DNA of 64,000 nt, from contig BTUM01000007.1 of the NCBI GenBank assembly GCA_045863235.1, positions 32,001 through 96,000 of the forward strand. The letters run 5' to 3'. The translations under genes were made by a program, and so were the position numbers. The DNA is from Candidatus Xenobia bacterium (lineage in GTDB: Bacteria > Vulcanimicrobiota > Xenobia > Xenobiales > QWHO01). Shown here in pieces: positions 55,418-64,000 of this stretch (positions within the stretch are counted from its first letter, which is position 1; each line of letters begins with the position of its first letter). The notes below the pieces were generated by a model that was not told where the DNA came from, ran no database searches, and worked only from the letters and a program-made list of their open reading frames with translations.

Positions 55418-56481
55418 GCCCGCTCCAGCAGGCGGTAGGTCTTCTCGCGCCGAGCTCCCAGGGCGTTCAGCATGGCCTGCATGGGGCGGTTGTCGGCCAG
55501 CACCCAGGAAGCCTCCAGTCGCTCCCACGGGATGCGCGCGTCCAGTTTTACCAGCGCCTCGATCATGGCCCCAGCTACGTCAAGCTGTCGAGCCTCGCGC
55601 ACGATCCCGATGGCATAGGCTCGATAGTTGCGGATCCAGCTGCGGCGCGTGAGGTAGTCGTAGAGAAGGCGAAGGGTCAATCGTCCCTGGCTTCGGGTCA
55701 GCATGGGGTTGAGATCGGGCAGGGTGATGAGAGCGCCCACCGTGGCGCCCTGATGCTCGGCGAACAGCACGGTCTCCGGGCGGATCAAGAGCAAGCTGAG
55801 GACCACGAACTCCCGCATCATGGGCTCGTCGAATTCTTCGAAGCCCCAGTTGTCGGCCAGCGCGTTGTTGAAGACACTTGCCAGCCTGCGGGTGTCGCGA
55901 ACCCGGTGCCAGGGATCCATGGATCGCACCGTCACCCCCTGCTCGGCCGCCCGGCGGGCCCGGCCTCGCATCAGGTCTTGCCTGACCTCGCCCCGCTGGA
56001 AGCTGTAGGTATGCATCTCCTGCAGACTGCGAAAGCCGGCTTGCTCGAGCAACTCGGCGTAGTAGGGTGGGTGGTAGGCCAGCAAGAAGCTAGGCGGGGT
56101 GTCGAAGCCATCGACCAGCAGGCCCGGGTAGGGGTCCTCCTGGCGAAAATGGTAGGGGCCCCGCAGGGGCAGTCCGGGAAAAGTCTCGCAGGCCTGCTTG
56201 AAGAGTTCGTTCAGAGCCTGGTGCTGCCCCGGCAGGCACTCCAGAAAGCCGAAGTGGAGAGCTTGCTGATGGCGCTTGACGCCCAGGTGAGCCACCGGCT
56301 CGCCGTTATGCCAGGCCACGTAGAAGGCGCGCTCGGGGTCGTCGAGCCCACCCATCAGCTGTCGGTAGTGCTGCCAGAGCGGAGGCACCCAGGCCGGATG
56401 GCGGCCCGGGTAGATGGCTCGCGCGAGGCTCCAGAAAGCCAGACGCTCGCGCTCGGTGCGCACGCGGGTGATGCTCGTCAA
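55414..56481 (-). CDS. YghO / bacterial ceramide synthase (bCerS)-like GNAT N-acyltransferase
   Basis: IY...WVPPL, FGFLEC, GLLVDGFD.PP...YHPPYY, NWGF, LPDLN, SWVLADN and KTYR. Confidence 0.78.
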   Translation of the reverse strand: MTSITRVRTERERLAFWSLARAIYPGRHPAWVPPLWQHYRQLMGGLDDPERAFYVAWHNGEPVAHLGVKRHQQALHFGFLECLPGQHQALNELFKQACETFPGLPLRGPYHFRQEDPYPGLLVDGFDTPPSFLLAYHPPYYAELLEQAGFRSLQEMHTYSFQRGEVRQDLMRGRARRAAEQGVTVRSMDPWHRVRDTRRLASVFNNALADNWGFEEFDEPMMREFVVLSLLLIRPETVLFAEHQGATVGALITLPDLNPMLTRSQGRLTLRLLYDYLTRRSWIRNYRAYAIGIVREARQLDVAGAMIEALVKLDARIPWERLEASWVLADNRPMQAMLNALGARREKTYRLLERA

Positions 56482-56518
56482 GGCCAGGTTTGTTCTGAAC
56501 CGGCCGGGATGGGCCCTC

Positions 56519-57448
56519 TCAGGCCGAGCGGGTCAAGGGCTCCAATCGACGCATGTAGCGGGCCAGGGTCTGGATGGTGGGACCGTAGCCCTTGTGATAG
56601 ATCGCGTACTCGAGCTCGTAGCCAAGCTTGCCGGCGCTCTCGAGCCGCTCGTTCGGATCGGGGGCCAGGCAACGATCGAGGGTTGCGGCCAGCATCGGGG
56701 TCAGGCCCGGGGGACTGCTCAGCCGGGTGCTCAGAAGCCGGGTGAGGGTTTCGCTCAAGCTCTCTCCCTCCACCAGGAAGGGATTCCGGCCCGTCAACAG
56801 CTCGTAGTAGACGACACCCAGGCTGAAGAGGTCGCTGCGACCGTCGGTGACCTGGCAGCTGGCCTGCTCGGGCGCCATGTACTCTACCCGGCCATAGACC
56901 TGCTCGCCTTCTTTTGACTCGAGGTAGTGGGCCGCCTTGGCCACCCCGAAGTCTGCCAGCTTGACCTCGCCTTCGCCGGAAATCAGGATATTGTTGGGCG
57001 ACACGTCACGATGGACCAGACCCAGGGGCTGGCCCTGCTCGTCGGTGCGCTCGTGAGCATACTCCAGGGCCCGGGCCAGCCGGCTGACGATGAAGGTGGC
57101 CAGCTCGACCGGCACGGTCTTTCCAGCGTGCAGATCGAGAAAGTGCCTCAGGCTCATCCCCTCGATCAGCTCCATGGCGATATAGGCTCCAAAGTCCGCC
57201 CGGCCCAGCTGGTAAATTTGCACGATGTTGGGGTGGATCAGGTTGGCCACCAGACGAGCTTCCCCCACGAACATCTGGCTGAACTCGCTCGACTCGCTCA
57301 ACCAGGGGTGCAACACCTTGAGGGCAACCCGCTTGGAGAAGCCGTCGGCTCCCAGTTGCTGAGCCTCGTAAACGGTGCCCATGCCTCCCGAAGCGAGCTC
57401 GCGGATGATCCGGTAGCGAGTTTCTTGAACGAAATACTGAGGAGTCAC
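56519..57448 (-). CDS. Cytoplasmic Ser/Thr protein kinase
   Basis: GGMGTVY, VALK, HRDVSPNN, DFG, YMAPE and SDLFSLG. Confidence 0.93.
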   Translation of the reverse strand: MTPQYFVQETRYRIIRELASGGMGTVYEAQQLGADGFSKRVALKVLHPWLSESSEFSQMFVGEARLVANLIHPNIVQIYQLGRADFGAYIAMELIEGMSLRHFLDLHAGKTVPVELATFIVSRLARALEYAHERTDEQGQPLGLVHRDVSPNNILISGEGEVKLADFGVAKAAHYLESKEGEQVYGRVEYMAPEQASCQVTDGRSDLFSLGVVYYELLTGRNPFLVEGESLSETLTRLLSTRLSSPPGLTPMLAATLDRCLAPDPNERLESAGKLGYELEYAIYHKGYGPTIQTLARYMRRLEPLTRSA

Positions 57449-57530
57449 GACAGAGCTTGACTTCGATTCAAGCGCTCGCGGTCCTTCTTTTCGGGTTTCC
57501 TTCAGGCAGGCAGGCTAGTCTGATGTCAAC

Positions 57531-58676
57531 ATGCGCATTCTGGTTACCCATAGCTCCTCCACCGGACACGGCCACCGGATGGCCGCCGAGGCCCTGGTCA
57601 GCGCCCTGCGCGAGCATCCGGGTGTGGAGGCCGAGTCGTTCGACATGCTCAGCGTCTGCCCGCCCGAGGTGCGCGAAGCCCAGAAGAAGAGCGTGCAGGC
57701 CTTCGAAAGCCGCGAGAAGCTGGCTCGCTGGAGCTACGAGCTGGCCCTGGCCGGCAACCCTGTCATCGGCACCGTGCAGTGGGCCATCAACCACTACAAG
57801 GCATGGATGGCCCCGGAAGCTCTGCAGTACATCAAAGACTACCAGCCTGACCTGATCGTCAGCACCCACGAGCAGGCCAGCGGCCTGGTGGACATCTGGA
57901 AAGATAGCGGCGAGCTGACCGCCCCGCTGGTCAACGTGCACACCGACCACCTGGCCGACATGCGCTGGGTGCAGCCCCAGGTGCAGCACTACTTCGTCGC
58001 CAACGAGCTCATGCGCGAGGATCTCGCCCGCCTGGGGGTCGAGCCCGAGAAGGTGAGCGTCACCGGAATTCCCATTCGTCCGGAGTTTGGCCAGCCCGCC
58101 CCGGCCGATCTGGATCAGAAGCTGGGCCTCGACCCGACCTTGCCCACCGTGCTCATCATGGGCGGCGGGCTGGGCCTGCAGCCCTTCAATCGCCAGGTGG
58201 AGGCGCTCGAGCGCCAGCCGTATCCGATGCAGATCGTGTGCGTGTGCGGCACCAACCAGGCTGCCTACGACGAGCTGAAGGCCCGCCAGGGTGGCAATCA
58301 CCCGTTGCATGTGCTGGGCTCGGTCAAGAATATGCCCGAGCTGTTGAAGGCGGCCGACGTGGTGGTCAGCAAGGCGGGGGGGTTGACCACCTCGGAGATC
58401 CTGGCCACCGGCAAGCCGATGATTCTGTACAATCCGCGTCTGGGTCTGTCGGTGCACCAGTCCAATCGGCTCGAGTCCATCGGGGTCGCCAGCATCGCCC
58501 GCAGTGGCGACGAGATGGCCGGCCAGGTGGTGGGCTACCTGAGCGACGAGACTCGCAAGGAGCAGGTAGCCCAGGCCATGGCCCGGGCCAGCAAGCCCGA
58601 CTCCAGTCGCGCCATCGCCTCCGAGCTGGTCCAGATGGCAGCCCGGCACCAGAACACCCTGAACGTCTCAGCCTGA
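57531..58676 (+). CDS. MGDG synthase / UgtP-like glycolipid glycosyltransferase (GT28)
   Basis: GHGHRMAA, PDLIVSTH, TDH, TGIPIR, MGGGLG and SKAGGLTTSE. Confidence 0.88.
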   Translation: MRILVTHSSSTGHGHRMAAEALVSALREHPGVEAESFDMLSVCPPEVREAQKKSVQAFESREKLARWSYELALAGNPVIGTVQWAINHYKAWMAPEALQYIKDYQPDLIVSTHEQASGLVDIWKDSGELTAPLVNVHTDHLADMRWVQPQVQHYFVANELMREDLARLGVEPEKVSVTGIPIRPEFGQPAPADLDQKLGLDPTLPTVLIMGGGLGLQPFNRQVEALERQPYPMQIVCVCGTNQAAYDELKARQGGNHPLHVLGSVKNMPELLKAADVVVSKAGGLTTSEILATGKPMILYNPRLGLSVHQSNRLESIGVASIARSGDEMAGQVVGYLSDETRKEQVAQAMARASKPDSSRAIASELVQMAARHQNTLNVSA

Positions 58677-58746
58677 CTTCGTCTATAGCGATGTTGAGAG
58701 GGTCTTGCCCTGTTCTTGGGGGAAAGCTGCTGCAGAGGCTCCGCGC

Positions 58747-61224
58747 TCAGATCTTGTTCAACAGGTCGTACTTGCGCGTGACAGGAGCGACCGCGGTCAG
58801 TCCGGTGTGCAATCCCTCCACCGTCACCGATGACACGCGGGTGCGCCAGGGACGAACCGAGTGGATCAGCCCGCCCCAGCTCTCCATACCGGTATCTTTC
58901 CGATATTGCCCGGGGAAGAAGATGGGGTCGGGCATCTGGATGGAAAGCCCGCTGGCTGCTCCCAGCGACGCCTCGTTGCGATTCACCACCACCGCCTCCT
59001 GCAAAAGCGCCTGGCAGCGGGCGGCCAGCTGGGCCACCTCGGCATCGGGACAGCCCTGCTGCAGCTTTTCCAGAAAGCTCCCAAGGTCGCCGTAGCCCGG
59101 GAAGTTCACGAAGCGCTTGAGCCCCAGCCACAAGTTCTCCAGTGTTCCTCGCCAGCCCGGGGCGGTGGACTTCTCCTCGCGAGGGAAATGGCGCGTCTGG
59201 GCGGCCGCTTGCTGGAAGTGCTCGCCGACCACGGGTAGCTTCTCTTGCACTATGGCCGCCAGCTCTTCCACCGAGGCGGTCAGGGCCGGCAGCTTCTCCA
59301 GGTCCACCAGCGAGAGCGTGGGCACCACCTCGTTGCCGCCATGGCGTTTCACCAGCATTTCGCCGAAGGTCTTGGGGTCCTTGTCGATCTCTCCCAGTCG
59401 GGGCAGGATATAGGTCCAGGGCAGACCTGCTTCCCACAGGCTGTCCTGGCTGACCACTGCGTAGCGGGCGTGCTGGCCCAGGTCCTTGAGCGCTTCCAGG
59501 TTGGCCATCTCGCAGGCTTCCATGATCAGCACGTCAACCTTTTTGCCCGTCTGGGCGTGGGTCAGCTCCAGGGCTTTGCTCACGTCGGCCATCTTCATGC
59601 CGGCCAGGCGCTTGTAGCCCAGGCCATGGCCTTCGAGCAGCACGGCAGTGTGCTCGGAAGGGTAACGTTTCATCGAGCGCACCCACAGGTTGCTCAGGGC
59701 TTCGGGGCTGGGCGCGTCGGTGCTGGAGCTGCGCTCGACCGTGTGGGTCTGGATGGTGTTGCGGCCGGGAGTGTGCACGCCCCCGGCAGCCAGTTCGTAG
59801 GTGCGGGTGCCCGACCAGCTGGCCTCCTCGTGAGCCTCAGCCACCCGGCCGGCGGTCCGGCGGTCCTTGATACCCTGATAGATGGAGAAAGCCGCCCCCT
59901 GAGCCAGCTGGCTTCCCACCAGCAGGGCCGGGATTCCGGCCAGACCGAACAGTCCGAAAGCTGCTGCGCCTGCCGCCACGGCCAGGGCCGGCAGAGCATA
60001 GATCTTGAAAGTCGCGCTGCGCTTTAAAGACTCCACGTCTTTGCCCTCGCGTCGCAACTGCAGCACCACGTGGGCATCCGGATGGGGGTTGCGCTCGAAG
60101 TCGATCACCTGACGGGTGCGCATCGGCTCGAGCTCACTGGCAGTGGCGTCCAGGTGCCCGACGATGGTCCAGGGGCGGGAAGCGGCCATCGGCACCATCG
60201 GCAGGGACTCCCTGACACTGGTTGGAGTTTCCACCTGGCAACCGCATCCGCAGCCGACCGGGTGGCGATGGCTCTCGCCCTGCCCGTCCACCAGATCGCG
60301 GGTGAGGTTGCGTCCCAGCACTCGCCCGCCGTGCCAGCCCTCGATGGCGCCCAGTTTGAGTCCTTTGCCCAGCCCGACCGCGAGGCCGGCCACAAAACCC
60401 GCCGGGCCCAGCACGGCCGAGGCGGCCAGACTGCCAACGGCTCTTGCCATGCTTTCGTGCCAACCGGCCAGCGTTTTGTCCAGCTTCGAGCCTTCCGCCG
60501 AGGGGCCGTATCTCTTGGTCCAGCTCGCTTCCAGGCTGGCGTTTTGACCGAGCCCCGAGTTGACTCCCCGGAAGGCCCCGTAGCTGGCTCCCACCAGTCC
60601 GAAGGCGCACAGTCCGGTCAGGCCGCCCAGCACTCCACCCACCACCGAGCCGGTGGCGGTGGCCGCTCCGGCCAGCGGGCCCAGTTTTTTCTTATCGGGC
60701 TGCACCCAGGGCCGGTTGTGAATGATCTTGAAGCGCGGGGGAGCGGTCGGATCGTGGTCGGGATGCTCCACGACCAGCACCCGCAGCTCGTCCTTGAGGA
60801 TCTTGACCCACTCTTCATTGAGGGCTTTCGCCTCGCTGGCCCGCCCGGCTTTCAGCTCGGACTGCATCCGGCCCAGAATCTGGTGCACATCCGCCAGACG
60901 CTCGAGCGCAGCCTGGTCTTCCACCGCAAAGCGCGTTCCCACCTGATCGGGTGGTGTCGTGGCCAGCTGTACCACAAACTGTTTCAAGCGCTCCTCATAC
61001 TGGTCGGACGAGCAACGCTTGAGGCGCATCAACCCCGAGAAGGCCCCCTGGACCATGCCATCCTGCTCGACGGCTTCCTTCATGAAAGCACTGCAGGACG
61101 GGGTGTACATGCAGTGAGCGCCCCGCTCGCCGTTGTAGTCGGCCGAGATGTAGTCCTGGTAAAGGCTGACCACCTTGTGAGCGGCGCCTGCCACGACCTG
61201 GCGAGGGATCTGGGTCACCTTCAT
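58747..61224 (-). CDS. YidD-like domain + Gly-rich hydrophobic segments + clostripain (C11) protease
   Basis: YQDYIS...CMYTPSCSAF...G...G...RLKRC (YidD); EGHGLGY, MEACEMANLE, TLSLVDL and GLSI (C11). Confidence 0.82.
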   Translation of the reverse strand: MKVTQIPRQVVAGAAHKVVSLYQDYISADYNGERGAHCMYTPSCSAFMKEAVEQDGMVQGAFSGLMRLKRCSSDQYEERLKQFVVQLATTPPDQVGTRFAVEDQAALERLADVHQILGRMQSELKAGRASEAKALNEEWVKILKDELRVLVVEHPDHDPTAPPRFKIIHNRPWVQPDKKKLGPLAGAATATGSVVGGVLGGLTGLCAFGLVGASYGAFRGVNSGLGQNASLEASWTKRYGPSAEGSKLDKTLAGWHESMARAVGSLAASAVLGPAGFVAGLAVGLGKGLKLGAIEGWHGGRVLGRNLTRDLVDGQGESHRHPVGCGCGCQVETPTSVRESLPMVPMAASRPWTIVGHLDATASELEPMRTRQVIDFERNPHPDAHVVLQLRREGKDVESLKRSATFKIYALPALAVAAGAAAFGLFGLAGIPALLVGSQLAQGAAFSIYQGIKDRRTAGRVAEAHEEASWSGTRTYELAAGGVHTPGRNTIQTHTVERSSSTDAPSPEALSNLWVRSMKRYPSEHTAVLLEGHGLGYKRLAGMKMADVSKALELTHAQTGKKVDVLIMEACEMANLEALKDLGQHARYAVVSQDSLWEAGLPWTYILPRLGEIDKDPKTFGEMLVKRHGGNEVVPTLSLVDLEKLPALTASVEELAAIVQEKLPVVGEHFQQAAAQTRHFPREEKSTAPGWRGTLENLWLGLKRFVNFPGYGDLGSFLEKLQQGCPDAEVAQLAARCQALLQEAVVVNRNEASLGAASGLSIQMPDPIFFPGQYRKDTGMESWGGLIHSVRPWRTRVSSVTVEGLHTGLTAVAPVTRKYDLLNKI

Positions 61225-61249
61225 AGCTCGATTATCCCGCCATGAACTG

Positions 61250-61283
61250 AAAGAAGCCTGACGAGCATTCTCGCCAGGCTTCT
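61250..61283 (-). terminator. Probable terminator hairpin after the small ORF
   Basis: Stem AGAAGCCTG..GAG / CTC..CAGGCTTCT with a short T run on the minus strand. Confidence 0.55.
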
Positions 61284-61302
61284 CGAGGGTGCTACGCGTG
61301 GA

Positions 61303-61578
61303 TCAGCCGCGCTGGTTCTGACCGTTGGAGCAGCAGACGCTGAAGACTACCAGGGCGCAGACACCGGCGGCCACCAGGGTGAGGAAGTCGGTCTCCATGT
61401 TGGCGGCCTTGCTGTTGGGCGCGGCGGTTTCGGCGTAAGCGACCTTGGGGGAGACGGCTTCGTCCGAGACGCTGCCGGCGTAGCCGTCCTGGCTGCCGGA
61501 CGCGGCCTGCGGCTGGGAGCCGGAGGCGCGGGTCGCCTGGGTGTAGCCGGCGACGGCGGGGTTGATGGTGCTGATCAT
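61303..61578 (-). CDS. Small hypothetical protein with a C-terminal TM helix
   Basis: Strong GGGAGG RBS, strong codon bias, own terminator. Confidence 0.75.
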   Translation of the reverse strand: MISTINPAVAGYTQATRASGSQPQAASGSQDGYAGSVSDEAVSPKVAYAETAAPNSKAANMETDFLTLVAAGVCALVVFSVCCSNGQNQRG

Positions 61579-61704
61579 GGTGGTCCTCCCGTGTTTGTGA
61601 TTTGGTCCCTTGTCTGTGACGATTTGCGTCGAGACTACCCAGGTGGCCTGAAAATCTTCTGAAGCGGCAGGAACCGTGCGCTCGGCCGCACAGAATCAGA
61701 CCGC

Positions 61705-62610
61705 ATGGCACGTATTGCTCGCAAAGGACGCGACGGGGCGCTCTATATCGGCTACCGAGAAGAAGACGGCGGGATCTTGATCCCCGACGAGCGCATGAAG
61801 GGGCCGGCCGGCAGCACGCGCACCGGGGATATCGTGGGCCACGAGTTTCGCTCGGAGATTCTCGGCGATGAGCGCATCATCATGGTCTATCGGCCGCCCG
61901 GCTATTCGCCCATGAATCCCTGGCGCTACCCGGTGCTCTACCTCAACGACGGACAGAACATGTTCGATGCCGCCACTTCGGCCTTCGGTGTCGAATGGCA
62001 GGTGGACGAGACGCTCGAGCGCCTCATCTCTGAGCGAGCCATTCAGCCGATTCTGGCGGTAGCGGTCTACAACTCGGCGGAGCGTTTCGACGAATACACC
62101 CCCGCGCCCGATCCCGAGCATGGGGGCGGTGGAGCCGACCGCTACGGGATGTTCCTGGCCAACGAGTTGCAGCCATTCATCAACCGCGAGTATCGCACCA
62201 ACACCGATCAGACCGCCTTGATGGGCTCCAGCCTGGGGGGTCTTTGCTCATTGTACCTGGGCTGGCAGTATCCGCGTTGCTTCAACCTGGTGGCCGCCCT
62301 CTCGCCCTCCCTCTGGTGGGCAGGGCGGGAGCTGACCAGAGCCATTGCCGAGTCTCCCCGCACGTGTGACGACGGGCCGGAGAAGATCTGGCTCGACATG
62401 GGAACGAAGGAAGACAAGGACGACGACCTGATCGCTGACATTCGCGCCCTGCGCAAGGTTCTGGTGAGCAAGGGATACGTGGTGGGGGAGAACCTGTTTT
62501 ATCGCGAGGTCAAGGGGGCCTATCACACCGAGTCTTCCTGGGCCAAGCGGGTGGGGGACGTCTTGCAGGCGTTGTTCCCTCCCGGTCGAGGCTACTTTAC
62601 GGCCGACTGA
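61705..62610 (+). CDS. Alpha/beta hydrolase-fold esterase (IroE/Fes-like)
   Basis: YPVLYLNDGQN, GSSLGG, SPSLWW and HTESSW. Confidence 0.9.
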   Translation: MARIARKGRDGALYIGYREEDGGILIPDERMKGPAGSTRTGDIVGHEFRSEILGDERIIMVYRPPGYSPMNPWRYPVLYLNDGQNMFDAATSAFGVEWQVDETLERLISERAIQPILAVAVYNSAERFDEYTPAPDPEHGGGGADRYGMFLANELQPFINREYRTNTDQTALMGSSLGGLCSLYLGWQYPRCFNLVAALSPSLWWAGRELTRAIAESPRTCDDGPEKIWLDMGTKEDKDDDLIADIRALRKVLVSKGYVVGENLFYREVKGAYHTESSWAKRVGDVLQALFPPGRGYFTAD

Positions 62611-62699
62611 CCTGCGTTTTCAATTTCGTGGTGGCTGTCTGGAAGGAGTCCCCCTCGGATGCCGAATCATGCGGCTGGATTTTTTTTCAAGGAGCTTCG

Positions 62700-64000
62700 A
62701 TGCGTTTAAGAACCAGCCTCTACTTGCTAGCTTTGCTCTTCCTGTTCGGCTGTTCCGGCGGGGGGTCGAGTTCCGCCGGCGGCGGCGTGCCCGCCCCGCC
62801 TCCAGGCCCCCAGCTGGTGAGCATGAAACTCGATGTCGAGGTCCTCGACCAGGCTCAGCGGTCCATCCAGGGCCGTTCGGGGGTCATCGAGGTGGTCGCC
62901 GAGGTGGTGGACCGCAATACTCTCGATACCGGCACTCTCAGCGGCCGCAAGGTCATCTCGCGAGGGGCGGCCACGGTGGGGGACACCGACCGAGTCGTCA
63001 AGATCTTGCTGGACATCATTCCGGGCATCTGGGATATCTACATCTTCGGCCTGGACTCCGAGGGCAAGGTGGTGGCACTTTCCACCATCGATCAGCTGAC
63101 CATCACTCCGGGAGTGGTGCTCGAGCAGCGGGTCAGCCTGCAGTCCCAGAGTCGCTCGGTGTTCGTCAATCCGTCCAATGCGGCTATCCAGGTCGGACAG
63201 CAGCAGCAATTCTCCGCCCTCGTCTTCCTCCCCACCGGGAACAGCACCAGCGTGAACTGGGCCTCGGACAACCCGGCCGTCGCTACGGTAGACGCTAACG
63301 GCCTGGCGACCGGGTTGGCGGCCGGTGTCACCACCATCCGGGCGACTTCCACGGTGGACAACAGCCTGCAGGGCTCCGCCCAATTGACCGTGGCTGCCGA
63401 CAACAATGCCCGCCTTGTTGGCCTTTACACCGTGGCCCTGGCGGGAACGAGCGCGGACGGCCTGGATGTCTTCTCGGTTCTGTCCAACCTGAATTTGGAC
63501 GGAGCGGGAGGAGTTACTGATGCCGGCTCCGGTCTCTTCGAGGATGGAGTGCCCGGTCTGCAGCCAGTGACTCTGGGCCTCGTGCAGTACAGCGTCGCCA
63601 ATGACGGGACGGTCACCTTTACCGGGAATGCCACCGCCAGTACCGGCGTGGGCCCCCTCTCGGCGGACAATCTGACCATTCCTCTGACCTTCGCGGGACC
63701 GGCGGGGAGCGGCGAGGGGTTTGCCGTTCGCCAGGAGGCGGGCGGGGTGACCCCTGCCTCCATCGCAGGGAACTGGACGGGGGCGCTTCTGAGGAGTACG
63801 GGGGTTCCGTTCGCGCCCGGTACCACGGCGACCGTGACGATCAATGGCAATGGCACGCTCAGTGGAGCCATTCAGGAGCCTGGCCTGCCCGACGTGACCT
63901 TTGCCGGAAACTTCACCGTGACCGCAACTGGCCTGCTGCAGGCAAACGTGGTCGATGGCTTCGGAGATCCCATCGTCATCAACGGCCAGGTCGGGGCCAA
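62700..64000 (+). CDS. Lipoprotein with a bacterial Ig-like (Big_2) domain, running off the window end
   Basis: AAGGAG RBS; MRLRTSLYLLALLFLFGC lipobox; VNWASDNPAVATVDANGLATG; no stop seen before 64000, which explains its absence from the ORF track. Confidence 0.85.
   Translation, partial: MRLRTSLYLLALLFLFGCSGGGSSSAGGGVPAPPPGPQLVSMKLDVEVLDQAQRSIQGRSGVIEVVAEVVDRNTLDTGTLSGRKVISRGAATVGDTDRVVKILLDIIPGIWDIYIFGLDSEGKVVALSTIDQLTITPGVVLEQRVSLQSQSRSVFVNPSNAAIQVGQQQQFSALVFLPTGNSTSVNWASDNPAVATVDANGLATGLAAGVTTIRATSTVDNSLQGSAQLTVAADNNARLVGLYTVALAGTSADGLDVFSVLSNLNLDGAGGVTDAGSGLFEDGVPGLQPVTLGLVQYSVANDGTVTFTGNATASTGVGPLSADNLTIPLTFAGPAGSGEGFAVRQEAGGVTPASIAGNWTGALLRSTGVPFAPGTTATVTINGNGTLSGAIQEPGLPDVTFAGNFTVTATGLLQANVVDGFGDPIVINGQVGA

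Overview
GC-rich chromosomal window from a probably diderm bacterium; an Omp85-type barrel is present and the gene style tentatively suggests Ca. Eremiobacterota/Vulcanimicrobiota, which is unverified. Housekeeping and hydrolase genes include pgi, pepF, a GH3 beta-glucosidase, a prolyl oligopeptidase, a ThrE pair, two Ser/Thr kinases and several peptidases. A tRNA-Gly/Cys/Val operon is followed by an orphan DNA methyltransferase and a FitA/VapC toxin-antitoxin pair. Main observations: (1) an unannotated, apparently leaderless poly-cysteine sORF (17252-17332, minus) whose Cys codons can pair with the RBS of a downstream C26 gamma-glutamyl hydrolase, a candidate cysteine-sensing translational attenuator; (2) a dispersed candidate sphingolipid/phosphonolipid pathway: a KS-AT-ACP-alpha-oxoamine synthase fusion, ino1, a bCerS-like GNAT, an Aur1-like PAP2, a GINT1-like propeller, a PhnY-like dioxygenase, PepM-cytidylyltransferase, two LicD, Stealth and a flippase; (3) an SbcCD pair with degenerate catalytic motifs in both subunits; (4) a B12-type radical SAM enzyme coupled to a dTMP-kinase-like gene; (5) a YidD-clostripain fusion; (6) a MITE/REP-like family whose ends overlap stop codons; (7) two genes reduced to their two termini by internal deletions. 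All calls come from motif recognition only; no searches were run.
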